From Epithemia pelagica (taxonomy: Eukaryota > Protista > Bacillariophyta): 64,000 bases of DNA. A program made the translations under genes and the position numbers. The notes beneath the pieces are model-generated. The model was not told where the DNA came from, did no database searches, and was given only the letters and a program-made list of their open reading frames with translations. Numbering within the stretch: position 1 is the stretch's first letter; each line of letters starts with the position of its first letter. Where the stretch lies: NCBI GenBank assembly GCA_946965045.2, contig OX337231.1, forward strand, positions 2,914,001 to 2,978,000, read 5' to 3'. This document shows, one piece after another, positions 34,225 to 46,132 of this stretch.

Positions 34225-36433
34225 TTATTGACGGTCAACAATTTTAGTCATGACGAAGTTTGTTGTTCCCTCGCGATAGTTGATTGGGAGCATGTCCTTG
34301 AAATAGTCAATAGATCCATCGCGCATTTGAAACATGACGCTTCCGCGAAGGCTAATAGGACGCTTGGAAACACGTGCTTCCAGTCGAGCACCTCTGTCTA
34401 CAAATCCTCGATATTGCAAAATCGTTCCATCACTTGCCAACACTTGGAACGTGCATGTGTCTAAATGAGTCGGTCCTGGGTCACATCGCCACCGTAGTCC
34501 CTCCAAAGGTTCCGCAAGGTTAACTTGTCCATCTTCACAAAACTGCACCGTGGACACCCCAATCGTCTCACCTCCAATCTCATCGCGGACTTCCCACTCG
34601 CCCTGCAAATCTACCGGATGAGCCAGAGCCTCAGAAGTCTTTTGCCGAAAGTTGGTTTCCCAGACTGCAAATCGGCCAAGCTCCTCGGTCGCAGTGCGAG
34701 GTGTTGGCATGGTCATCACATCGGCAATCTCAGGTTTCAAGCAACCACTGCCAAGTTCGACAGCTGTGGCCACAAGCCGTTCGTAGGCATTGGCATAACT
34801 CTGTGTCAGTGGTAAAGCTGGTTGTAGAGTTCTCACCACCCCATTGTTGTAACAGTTCCGAAGCAGAACAACCAGACAATTCAGGAATTGCACTCCCGGT
34901 CTTGTTTCATCCTCAAGGGGAAGGAGATCACCAGTCTGGGAATACCATCGGTCAACGAAAGCGGCACAGTCAGCATCCAGAGTTTCAGCGAGGACCAGTA
35001 GCTCCTGGCTTCCACCAAACAACAGAGCTCTTAACACAATGTTCGAAAGAACATTCAATTGTCGAGTCATGGAAGGCTCTTCCGCGCTCAACAAGACACC
35101 ACCCAAGTCCTCCTCTGACAACGAAGATTCTTCCTTTTCTTCTGTTGCCTCTTCCGCTGGTTGTGGGGATTGCTTCTTTTTCCAAAATCGACGCTTTGGT
35201 TCACCTCCTTTCGATTTCGTTGCATCCTGATCATCTTGTGCCTGATTTTCTACAGCCACAGATTCGTTGCTGTCGTCAACTAGAGCAGCAGCGGGAGCTG
35301 TGTCTGGTTGTACCTGCTCCACAGTTTTTCGTGGTGTATCTGATTCTTGGGCCATTTTGATTTTATCAAGAAGCGACAGACAAATTTCTTGATCGATCAA
35401 CTTCTTGGCAATCATGGGTCGACCAGTTTCCTCGTCCTCGACAAAGACAGCCCCCACAGTTCGCAGCACCGCTTTAATGCGTCGGTAAGCATCGTCGTAG
35501 ACCCCCGATTCAAGGACTTCCTTGGCACGGGCAGATTCAATCCCCGATGTGGCGAGACTCAAAATGGAATCTAAATATGCCTCGGCATAGGCATAGCCAG
35601 GAAGTTGGCCATAGCGCTCTTGGAAGGCAGTGAGTTGATCGGCGACATATTCGGCATCGGTTCGACCTCGAGGACGAGGTTTCGAGGAATCCTCAACATC
35701 ACCGCGTTTTCGTGTCAGCACATTCAGAATGGGACGAGGTACAGGACATTTGGGGGTCGAATCCATATTCGTGTCGTTGGTGGTGGTCGCACTCTCACTA
35801 CTACTGCTTGCGTCTTGCTGGCTCTCTTCCTGTCGCAGGGAGGCCTCTCGTTCGGCTTGGACGACTCGACGCAAGCTCAAATTCAACGCCTCGGCCGAAG
35901 GCCATGATCGTGCCAGGAGAATACGACGGACGGCTCGATTGGACGCATTGTTCAATGCCCGTGTTAAGGAGAGCACTGGAGTGACCGTAGTGCCGTCGGC
36001 GTCGTCGGTTGTGGCGGTTGCTTTTCCTTCGGAAGCGTATGCACCATAGGCTCTCGACAAGGACGCATCAGCCGGTGCCATGCAAAAGTTGATTTCGTTC
36101 ACCTTTCATGGTCAACAGAATGGAACGACAAACGGAGACTCGAGGTAAGACTATCAAGAAGTGTCGAAAAACGCAGCCACTTGTCGCAATCGATCGTACC
36201 TTCCCCCTTCCTCGAGATGACGTTGGAGTGCTGCTGCTGTACGTCGGTGCAAATGCTGATGCTGGGGAACTCGTTTCTCCTTCCTCTACCGGTGGCTGTT
36301 CAATATCCGCGCCAGGGACCGCACTCTGACTACTCCAATCAAGAGTCCTCCAATTTGGACGAGTTGCTAGTTGGAACGCTGCGCAATTCCAAGACAGTGA
36401 CAGAACCGTCCACAGGCCTATTCTTAACAGCAT
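34225..36433 (-). CDS. Uncharacterised protein with plastid presequence; exons 36433-36200 and 36102-34225
   Basis: Signal peptide ending CAA-FQ. In-frame join across GT-AG intron 36103-36199. About 700 aa. Confidence 0.7.
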
Positions 36434-36706
36434 GGTAGATTCTTGCTTGGAGCGTTTGTTCTAATGTCGCTCATGGGATCATTCAAGAAAATGGTGGCAT
36501 GTGCCAGAACCCGGAGGTTGACATCATACTAGACCACAGAAAAATCTTAGTTCGTACGAACGAAGAACAAAATGCCTATTGGAATTGATGGCTCAAGCAA
36601 AAAGTGCATCCAAACCATAGGTCATCACCAACGAGTTGAGATACGTCTACTCTTCTGTCCAAGGATCAAGCAGTGAGAAATTGAGAAACCAAGAAAGACG
36701 AGAAGA

Positions 36707-38259
36707 ATGGTGAACGTCAGTGAACGCTCGGCATCGGTGGCATCCTTCAAGGTGATGGACGTGTTGGAACAAGCGAATCGTCTCAGCGCACAAGGTCACC
36801 AAGTAATGCATTGTGAAGTTGGTCAACCAGAAACAGGAGCACCAAAATTGGTGGCACAAGCTGCGGTCGAAGCTCTCACATCACCTGCTCCGAGAAGCGT
36901 CATGGGCTACACGGACGCGTTTGGACTCTTGCCTCTTCGTCGAAAAATTGCAGGCCACTACCAAACCAAGTACAAAAATTTGACGGAGATTCCCGATACC
37001 TCAAGAATTGTTGTAACGACTGGATCTTCTGGTGGATTTCTCTTGGCCTTTACGTCGTGTTTCGATACTGGGGACGTTGTCGCTATTGCAAGTTCGGGAT
37101 ATCCGTGCTATCGCAACATCTTGTCAGCTCTAGGCTGTGAATTGGCGCATATTGAAGTGAATCAACAATTCAAACTTACTGTTGCAGAGCTTCGAGTGGA
37201 AGTGAAGAAACGCAAGGCTTCCGATGGAGCCAAGCCTATCAAAGGACTTATCTTGTCGTCCCCTAGCAACCCAACAGGAGCCATGTTGACTCCTGCCGAA
37301 CTCAAAGAGTTGTGCCAGTATTGTGACCAAGAGGGAATCCACTTTATCTCTGACGAAATTTATCATGGGATATCGTATGGAAAACAAGAAGCAACTGCTC
37401 TTGAATTTTCGTCAAACGCTCTCATTATTAACAGCTTTTCGAAATATTACTCAAGTAAGTTTCCCCGATTGGTGCGTCAGTTGGTTAGACGAATTCCCTC
37501 TAACCACGCATAAAATTGCGTTCCCTTGTGCCATCTCTGCCTTGTGTTCAGTGTCAGGATGGAGATTGGGATGGATGGTTGTTCCAACAGCTTTGGTAAG
37601 CTCCATTAACAGTTTACAGCAAAACATGTTCATCAACGCCCCAACGATATCACAGACAGCCGCACTCCAGTGCTGGGAGAATGGGACCCTGGAGGAGTTG
37701 GAAACTCATGTCTCCAAGTATCGTACAAGTCGCACACTCATATTGGAGGCTCTGGCCAAGCTTCCTGGTCTGAATCACGAGACCAACATTGCGCCTGCGG
37801 ATGGAGGGTTTTATGTCTACGTCGATCTGGGAGAAGAAAATGTTGCCCCTGGCTTGGGTTCGGTCGCCATGTGCTCTTGTCTACTGGAAGGTACAGTCTT
37901 TGCGAACACCAATTTGTTCAATAGGTTCGTTGTACTGGATTTCTCTTACGCTTTATGTTGTTCATGTGACAGAAAAACATGTGGCCTTCACACCGGGTAT
38001 TGACTTTGAAGATCCCTCCACCAAGTTGGGGGATCGGAGATTCCGAATATCTTATGCAGGTAAGAGACATGGCGAGGACGGTATCCCCGCACATGGAACG
38101 AGTCTTACAAGTTCGAGTGTTTGTTATCGGCAAGGTGGTATCGATACTGCAACCCAAGCGATGGAGCGTCTTACAGAATTCTGGACCTCGTGGCGAGAGC
38201 GCGTGGCTGAAGCAAAAGCTTCTGATCGGCCTTTGAAGCAACAAAAAGTGGAAGAATAG
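36707..38259 (+). CDS. PLP-dependent aminotransferase class I/II; exons 36707-37454, 37552-37890, 37973-38059 and 38135-38259
   Basis: HCEVGQP, SPSNPTGA, ISDEIYHG. The spliced PLP-lysine motif is SFSKYYSMSGWRLGW. PGIDFE...FRISYAG. Confidence 0.92.
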
Positions 38260-38826
38260 ATTGAACAGTGGTGTGACTGGTAAATCCAAGCAACGAAGGA
38301 TATCTTCTACCAAAACATGATGCAACCGATTGAATAGACTGGCATGTGGGGCTCTCCACTACCTTCGTCTAGATGCATGACCATGTTGTCGTAAAATGAC
38401 AATGGTCGCTACTTGAAGGATGGATATCACCTGCTCGCAATATAGGAGTAATTCATCATACACCGCATTTCACGAGCACCCATAGCACTACCTAGGTTCT
38501 CCTCTAGGGGGACCTAGGAGTAGGAACCTCTTGTCGAAGCACAAGTAGCAGAGGTAGCTTTTCCAGACGCAAAAGTGCAAACCCGCGCTGTATGCAAGAA
38601 CGACCGAAGTTCATCGAAGATTGAAGTGCTCTTGGGATAGGGGAATACGGAGGCGTCGAAGTTTGGTGGATGCGCATCCTCGTGGTGGCGATGTCATCGA
38701 GATCAACAAGGAACATCAACAAAGACTAGGTAGGTAGTTGCTTGAAGCGACGTCTGATGAGAAAAGCCGCTGCGGTTAAGGTCCCAAAGCAGTAACTTGC
38801 GTTATCCTCTGAACAAACCCGGCACC

Positions 38827-40470
38827 ATGGAACAGTTGTTGTTTGATGCACGAAGATTGGTGCAGTCCATCAGTTCTGGAGTGGACGATCCGGAAGGTCA
38901 TCATCCCAATTTACCGATCCCGGAAAAATGGTCATCCCTGCCGACATTGGAGCAATATATGGAAATCAAGGATATTCCAAACAAGGGCAAAGGGTTCATA
39001 GCCAAGCAAAACTTGCCTGTGGGAACTCTTGTTCTCGTGTCGAAGCCAATTGCAATGGTGCTGGACTCGGAAGACGATGCCGATGAGAATGTTGGAAAAG
39101 GCGGACCGTCGACTTTCCAGCAAACGGCATCTTTGCAGGAGCAGCATACCTCTGAAAAGTTGGTTGTGGATTCGGCCGAAAAAGATGAGATCGATGACGG
39201 AGATGAACGAATGGACGATGACGACGAGGATTTCGAGGATGTGGAGGATGACGACGAAGAAGAAGACCCAAACACGGGTGCGGAAGATGACAGTGATCCA
39301 CGAGTGAATGAACTACTACTTCTTGAAGTTTTGGATCAACTTGATTCAGATCCACTTTTATGGGAGCAAGCACTCTCCAAACTTTTTCCCCGAACAGATG
39401 ACGAAGTGGCCCAACTTCCAGCCTGGGTTTGTCACGATGATGACATATTTGTAGAAATGGAGAATGGATTAAAGGAACTGGAGAGAAAGCACGAAACTCT
39501 GAGACATGTAGTCAAGGATATCTCGAAACGATTACCCCTCATTATTCGATACAATATACTATCCATGGAAACCTGTCCTGAGTTGCTCAGTTATCCAGGA
39601 CCTGAAGGATTTTCCAAATTGGCGGGGGTTGGTCTGTTTTACCTACCGTCATTTTTTAACCATTCCAAAACACCCAACTGTTCCCGATATTCGATTGGAG
39701 ATGTCATGTTCTTTGTGACCAATCAAGACGTCGCCGCTGGCTCCGAGGTTTGCATTAGCTACATCGAACATGACGTCTTGTGCGAGTCTGCCTATCGACG
39801 TAATCTCATGCTAAGCATGAATTTTCAGGACATTGATGACGATCGGGATGATCAAGTTGAGCCTGATTCTCCCCAGTCGGAAAAAGATGGCCCGGAGATG
39901 CCTGTTGTCGATAGCGATGTGCAGAACGAATTGATGACAATGAATGCCCTTGAGAGATTGTCGTCGATAGATGAACTACTGGCACAGGCATTGGGAGAAA
40001 AGGATCCTTCTTCTGGAGAAGATAACCCTTCCTCAACAGCAGATGACATGGAGACGTCTCCAACTTTAGCGGGATCTGGATGGTTCCAATGTGACGTGCA
40101 AAATTTACGTATACTCAAGGCAATCACATTGGAGGGACTAGGTCAATTTCAACAGGCATTGCAATTGTGGGAAGAGGCGATTCATTTTTGTGACTCCAAG
40201 TTGCCACCACTGGATGAAAATGGAATAGTAGTCCGAGTTCAAGCAGCGTTGACTTCCTGGTATCTGGGCGATGTTACTCGTGCGCAGAATCACGCAGCTG
40301 TTGCGATTCAAACACACAACCTTTTGTTTGGAAATGGTGGAGTGACTCTTTTTCGAGTACGGTTTGGACCCGATTTGAGATTACCCATCCGTCCAGAGCT
40401 GGACAACCGAGGAATGACGAATGGAAGAAGTAATGATGCCGTTGCATCTCTCTGGCCTTACACCCCCTGA
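38827..40470 (+). CDS. SET-domain (SMYD-like) lysine methyltransferase with acidic insert and C-terminal TPR-like region
   Basis: KGKGFIAKQNLPVGTLV, GLFYLPSFFNHSKTPNC and GSEVCISY. Confidence 0.85.
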   Translation: MEQLLFDARRLVQSISSGVDDPEGHHPNLPIPEKWSSLPTLEQYMEIKDIPNKGKGFIAKQNLPVGTLVLVSKPIAMVLDSEDDADENVGKGGPSTFQQTASLQEQHTSEKLVVDSAEKDEIDDGDERMDDDDEDFEDVEDDDEEEDPNTGAEDDSDPRVNELLLLEVLDQLDSDPLLWEQALSKLFPRTDDEVAQLPAWVCHDDDIFVEMENGLKELERKHETLRHVVKDISKRLPLIIRYNILSMETCPELLSYPGPEGFSKLAGVGLFYLPSFFNHSKTPNCSRYSIGDVMFFVTNQDVAAGSEVCISYIEHDVLCESAYRRNLMLSMNFQDIDDDRDDQVEPDSPQSEKDGPEMPVVDSDVQNELMTMNALERLSSIDELLAQALGEKDPSSGEDNPSSTADDMETSPTLAGSGWFQCDVQNLRILKAITLEGLGQFQQALQLWEEAIHFCDSKLPPLDENGIVVRVQAALTSWYLGDVTRAQNHAAVAIQTHNLLFGNGGVTLFRVRFGPDLRLPIRPELDNRGMTNGRSNDAVASLWPYTP

Positions 40471-40773
40471 CATCACCTTGGAGATGCCCTGTTTTTTTGT
40501 GCTATATTCGACGTCTCATATTTCAGTGACGGGGACGAAAAGCTACCCTTTCGTGGAGTTTTAATTTTCACACATTTTGAAAACAAAGTTTCAGAGACCT
40601 CTTGGGAAAAACGAACAATTCTCTAATAAAAATAGGATACAATTCAGAATAATATTGTTGTATGTGTTCAGTGGAAAGTTCTCTTGTCCACAAAAGCCTG
40701 TCTTCTCAGCCAGATAGCTTGATATGGTCCCGTGAAGACGGCGCCATCAGCGTGGCTTAGATGGAACAAGGGT

Positions 40774-41234
40774 TTACCACCCGGTCAATTCAGAGTTACT
40801 CGGATCTAAAATGAACCAACTCGACGGTAATATATCTGCATTTCGTAGGACTTGCGCAGCAACAATCCAACCAACCCAAAGTGTCAAGAAAATAGCCGCT
40901 CCAGTTTGACATCTAGAAACCCAGGCTGCTGTTGCTTGTTTGATCTCCTCCAGCGACATTGCCGGTCCGCTTCTATCTGAAGTTGACTGTTGATCATCTT
41001 GGAAATCTAAAAACGATAAGAACCATAAGGAATCATGAGAAATTAAAATCTTGATTCCGAAGGAATGATATGCTTTCCAAATCGGAATTGGCACGTACGG
41101 TCGTCCGGGTTGTTGAGCAATCCTTCTTCGCTTTCTTGATTGCCTCGAAAGTAGAGAACGTGTACAATCCATAACCATGGAAGACCAAAGCATCCACCAA
41201 TAAAGAACCTTTTTGATAGCACGTCACTCCTCAT
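40774..41234 (-). CDS. PEN2: Gamma-secretase subunit PEN-2; exons 41234-41099 and 41006-40774
   Basis: KRFFIGGCFGLPWLWIVHVLYF N-terminal signature, second TM helix, and C-terminus ...ELTGW*. Intron 41007-41098. Confidence 0.85.
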
Positions 41235-41741
41235 TTCCACCGTCAAGTAATCAATCAACAATAATGCTTCAGCCTATTGTCAATCGTCTTCTTATCCAAC
41301 ACACACGAACAGAAGGCGTGCGGTCAACTCTTGTAACAACGTTCACGCGCGACCGCTGGTGGCGTTGCGCGAGGACGAAAGCAAAGATTGTGTGACGGTC
41401 AGGATCCCCATGCGTGAGCGCGCGCATGATCAACATCGCGCAGCGGATAGCCTATGCGCGATGTCCTATGTAATCGACTTTCCTGCCATCCATGCGCCGG
41501 GCTTCGGGGCTCGCCGATTATGACAAGGTGCGCCTCACTTTTTTGCGATGCAATAAATAATATTTCGTTTCGTCTTTGATCGGTCATCGAATGATCCTCT
41601 GCAACATCTCATCGATCGTATAAAGAAAACCATTTCAGAGGGCTCATCTTCCTTGCGCCTTGCCTCTTCAAAGTAAAGAGACGCATTGTTAACTGAGCAA
41701 ACCAAGAACCAATTTCAACATTTGCGACTGCCTCCGTCAGT

Positions 41742-43509
41742 ATGCTTTCTTTTTCCAAAGCCTTTTTCTTGGCTTTGATGTCCACTGGAGCATTGTTAAC
41801 CGAATCAGCTTCGTTCGAGAAAGATGTGATGGGTGGCGCAATTCGTGCTCGTAAGAAATTAGATCTCGATATCCTTTCCTCTCCAATGCTTGAGCGGACG
41901 ATGGAGGATCCATCTTCGGATCTTCACCAAGATCTCTTGGCAAAAGCCCTTCCCATTAGGGACTTTGAAAAGAAATACGGAGTTGACCTACAAAGTGAGA
42001 GCAGCCAACGTCAGCTCGCAAACCAGGGAAACGACGATTTCGCGATGAATGGCTACAACATGATTAGTTTTTCGGGATATTCGCTCAAATTTGCCAAATG
42101 CCAACCTGTTCAATATTTCTCTGAACGAGCGATCCAAATGGGAGAGTTTTCTCCCATGATCACCAATGACATTGTCGTTCTGAGATTGTGCCCAACCAAC
42201 AGTTGCTCGGAATCGGCTGAGTATGGTTGCCAATACAATTTTTCCGAATATGCCATGGAATTAGCGGAGTACGTTCGAATCATGTTGAACTATGCGGCCA
42301 CCAAGCGTGACTACATGTGCAACTACTGTGATCAGTGCCTAAATAATGGCCGCAAAGCAGCTCGTCGCCTTGCCGATGAAGGAGGTCAACAGAACAACGA
42401 CGGAAATCAGAATCAGGCGAACAATCAAGAGCAAGGCCAGCAACAAGATCAGCAACAACAAAACAACAACAATAACAATAACAATGAGCAGCAGCAACAG
42501 CAGCAACAACAAAACAATAACGATAACAACGGAAACCAGCAGGCAAACAATGACGACTACAACAACAATGCTGCAAACGATGACAACTACAACGGCGGAA
42601 ACGACTACTACTACGACTATTCCGCTAATGCATGCAATACGTGGAATACATACTGTGGTGACTATGCCGACCTTTGCGTGGAAAATCAACAAAACGGGGG
42701 CGATGAAGATGTTTCAATGGCCTATGAAGACTACTTGAACTATTTATACTGTTCGGAAGTCAACTACAATAACTATGCGTACTTTGTGAAGCCTCGTTGC
42801 GATGGGTACCAAGGAACCATTAAGATGGGTATCTTTTACGACAAGTATTGCAACCAGTACGCAGGCAACGAAGTCAGTCTGAAAAACGTAGGAATGGGAT
42901 TCCGGGAGAGTGCCTTCCAAGATTTCTACAGTACGTCTTGTATGGACTGTTCAGAAAGTGTAAGTCAAATGGGGAAGTCGAGGTAAATTCAATGGAATCA
43001 GTAGCGCGTCACTCTCTAACTCTTTCATTTTACAGGATTACCCACCTTATGATGCAACCAGTACTTTGTGCAACCGGCTTCACCTTTCTGCCGCTAGGTG
43101 TACAGAAGACATGGCATATGATCTCTTTGGGGACGACACGGATGACTCCACGGAATGCTCTTTCATTGAAAGCATCCGTTTCGGAACGTACAATGAGCTG
43201 GGCCAGTTGACTACACGTGACGCTTCCGGCGCGGTGGCACAAGAAGTAACGGATGTCCAAATGACAGTCCTCGGTATCTCTGTTGCTCTTTGTGTTGGTT
43301 TGGTAATTTACGCTTGTTATTTGCATCACGCCATGACAAACTTGCTCATCAAGTCACTGAGTCATCGGGAACTTCTTCCACCTAGTCGTCAACAAAGTCG
43401 GCAACGAGGGAACATGAATAACAGCCCCCGACGATCAGGGAGACGATTGAAGAAAGTAGACAATAACGAACCGGATTGGGATGACGACAATGGAGGCGAA
43501 TACGCATAA
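41742..43509 (+). CDS. Silicanin (Sin1)-like type I membrane protein with N/Q-rich domain; exons 41742-42959 and 43036-43509
   Basis: Signal peptide, RxL sites (RQL, RRL), Cys-rich FSGYSLKFAKCQ...VVLRLCP..SC...GC region, N/Q-rich tract, single TM VLGISVALCVGLVIYACYL and a basic cytosolic tail. Confidence 0.75.
42394..42620 (+). repeat. CAA/AAC/CAG trinucleotide-rich coding low-complexity tract (poly-Q/N)
   Basis: Encodes QQQQNNNNNNNNEQQQQQQQQNNND... within the silicanin-like ORF. Confidence 0.9.
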
Positions 43510-43753
43510 GACAAGAAACAGTGTTTCCAACGTACGAACGAAAAGCGCGTACCTCTCAATGAGCAGGTCACGAAGCTGCATATCCTATTTCACCTATTTT
43601 CTCGACATTATATGATTCATTGTATTGTTTATTTGGTTAATGCACAAGCTCTTAAATTCACCGTAGATTGCTTTGTTTGTTTTGTTTCTTTCCTTGTTAG
43701 ATTAATCGCGTTGACATGTAGCCTTCTCATTCTCAGGGGTTCGGTTCACGTCG

Positions 43754-46132
43754 TTAATGCAGTTCCTTGTGGGTATATTTCTTGACGGGATTATCTCCTG
43801 CAAAGTCAGCAACAACATCCTCAGACTGAGATCTAAGTTGCCACTTGGTGGTCAAGAGTCCTTCGACTCCAACGGGTCCACGAGAATGAATGCGGCCAGT
43901 AGAGATTCCCACTTCAGCTCCTAATCCAAATCGAAACCCATCAGCGAAGCGAGTGGATGCATTTTGAAATACACAAGCTGCATCTACACGCTTCAAAAAC
44001 TCCTCTCCCACGGTTGAGGTCTTGTCGGGGCTGCAGACAATCGCTTCCGTATGTCCGCTTCCGTACTCGTGAATGTGATCAATGGCTTCATCCATATTGG
44101 ACACTACCTCAACCATACAAGTAAGGTCACCGTATTCACATTTCATTTCCGCGGCTGGACTTTCGCATAGTCCCATCTCCATTGCTCGTGGCCCTCCTAA
44201 GCACTTAACACCGGCAGATCTCAAGGCCATAAGGCACTTGGATGCCACACCACTAGAGACCACATCTTGGTGAACCAACAATGTCTCCATGGCATTGCAT
44301 GCAGAGGGATAATCTGTCTTGGCATCTACCACAATCTTGGATGCAACTTCTTCCGGTGCGCTAGAGTCAAGGTAGACATGACAGACACCGTCAGCATGGC
44401 CGAGAACCGGGATTTTGGTATTGCTCTTGATGTACGACACGAGCGCGTTGCTGCCACGAGGAATGACGAGATCAATGACGTCGTCCAAGCTAAGCATGTC
44501 GGCGACTTGCCCACGACTTGTGACTAACCCAATGATATCTCGGGTTATTTCACCTTTACTTCCTTTTTCAATAGCGTCTCCAATGACGTTGTGAATCGCC
44601 ATATTAGATCGGGTAGCCTCTTTTCCACCCTTAAGCAAAAGACCGTTTCCGCTAGCCAAAGCCAACGCAGAGATCTGAGGCATGGAGTCAGGACGTGACT
44701 CGAAAATGATCATCAAAACGCCAATAGGGACAGTAATTTGTGAGAGTTCCAGTCCATCGGCCAATTCTCTTTTGCATTTTACTACATTGAGAGGGTCAGG
44801 AAGGTCTGCAATCTGATTCAGGCCGGAAGCCAACGTTGATAGTTTTGCAGGCGTCAGTTTAAGGCGTTTCTTAAGCACCAAAGCAATCCCATCTTTCTCT
44901 GCCGCTTCGACGTCAATCGCATTTTCGGCCAACAACTCATCTTGTCGATCCAGCAAAGCTTGCGCAACAGCTCGTAAAATATTCTGACGAACTTCATACG
45001 GCATGGCCTGTAACTTTCGCGCCTGAGTCCTGGCCGCGGTTGCCTTTCGACGAGCTTCATCCGAAACACTGGCGTCTTGAAGCTCAACTTTCGATGATGA
45101 TGATGCAGTGTCTGATACCTTTTCATCCTTAATTGCTTGTTCTTCAAGATCACTACCCGGAGTACAGAACAATGTACCGACTCTCCCACCGTCAGTTGTA
45201 GAGTGTTTGGATCCCAGAACTTGTCTAATTGCATTCAAGTTTGAGCCAGCGGTAATGACACATGCACTGCAAGAGGATCCAGGTTCCACCGCCGAGACTG
45301 CTGCTTCGATTTTGGCAGCCATGCCACCCCTTCCTTGTTTCGACACGGCTCCAATTTCGACGTTTTTGAGTGAATCGGGGACGTAGTGGTAAAGCAGCTT
45401 GGCCTTGGGGTCTGTGGGCGGGCGATCATACACCCCGGCAACGTCGGTCAACAACAAGAGCACTTCAGCCCCAAAGTTTCGTGCACAAAGGGCAGCCAAT
45501 GAATCATTGTCCGAAAACACATCGTCTGGAGTGTAGCCCAGGTTCCCAGAAACAGCATCATTCTCATTGATAATGGGGACAACATTCAGCGATAGCAGTC
45601 GATCAATCGTATAACTGAGATTCTGACGTCTGTTATCATCTGAAAAGTCGGCCTGTGTGATCAAGATTTGGGAGGCAGCGACATCGCACTGTGCAAAAAG
45701 ACTTGAATACAGATTCATCAGTTCAAACTGACCAGCTGCAGCACAGGAAGAATCATAGAACTTCTGCTTTTCCGCTAGTGTATGAGGACGGTTGTTCATG
45801 TTCAAAAGAGACACAAAACTGGAATTTCGCTGTGCGGGAGTTATTCTTTCACTCGTCTTGCCATTGTTGATGTCTTTTATCGACATGAGCATTCGGCTTT
45901 GCTGGCGCAAAACACGCTTTCCCATACCCACAGCTCCACTGGAAACAAAGATAACTTCAACACCCGATTCAACCAGCTCTCCGATTTGCTCGATGATGGC
46001 GCCCATCCTTGTTAGAGAGGGTCGTCCATCTTCGTTGGCAACGACCGACGTGCCCGCTTTAATGCAAACGCGACGAGCTCGCCGCAATGCAGCTCTTGAT
46101 GGTAAAGTCGCAGTATCAGAACTAGTCGACAT
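43754..46132 (-). CDS. P5CS: Delta-1-pyrroline-5-carboxylate synthase (glutamate 5-kinase plus gamma-glutamyl phosphate reductase fusion)
   Basis: CIKAGTSVV, VSSGAVGMG, PIINENDAV, FSDNDSLAA, IFESRPD, SACNAMETLL and FADGFRFGLGAEVGISTGRIHSRGPVG. Confidence 0.97.
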   Translation of the reverse strand: MSTSSDTATLPSRAALRRARRVCIKAGTSVVANEDGRPSLTRMGAIIEQIGELVESGVEVIFVSSGAVGMGKRVLRQQSRMLMSIKDINNGKTSERITPAQRNSSFVSLLNMNNRPHTLAEKQKFYDSSCAAAGQFELMNLYSSLFAQCDVAASQILITQADFSDDNRRQNLSYTIDRLLSLNVVPIINENDAVSGNLGYTPDDVFSDNDSLAALCARNFGAEVLLLLTDVAGVYDRPPTDPKAKLLYHYVPDSLKNVEIGAVSKQGRGGMAAKIEAAVSAVEPGSSCSACVITAGSNLNAIRQVLGSKHSTTDGGRVGTLFCTPGSDLEEQAIKDEKVSDTASSSSKVELQDASVSDEARRKATAARTQARKLQAMPYEVRQNILRAVAQALLDRQDELLAENAIDVEAAEKDGIALVLKKRLKLTPAKLSTLASGLNQIADLPDPLNVVKCKRELADGLELSQITVPIGVLMIIFESRPDSMPQISALALASGNGLLLKGGKEATRSNMAIHNVIGDAIEKGSKGEITRDIIGLVTSRGQVADMLSLDDVIDLVIPRGSNALVSYIKSNTKIPVLGHADGVCHVYLDSSAPEEVASKIVVDAKTDYPSACNAMETLLVHQDVVSSGVASKCLMALRSAGVKCLGGPRAMEMGLCESPAAEMKCEYGDLTCMVEVVSNMDEAIDHIHEYGSGHTEAIVCSPDKTSTVGEEFLKRVDAACVFQNASTRFADGFRFGLGAEVGISTGRIHSRGPVGVEGLLTTKWQLRSQSEDVVADFAGDNPVKKYTHKELH

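Noticed and set aside
42280-42738. Alternative-frame and antisense ORFs rich in Val/Leu/Cys/Thr
   Set aside because: These are shadows of the CAA/AAC repeats in the silicanin-like CDS.
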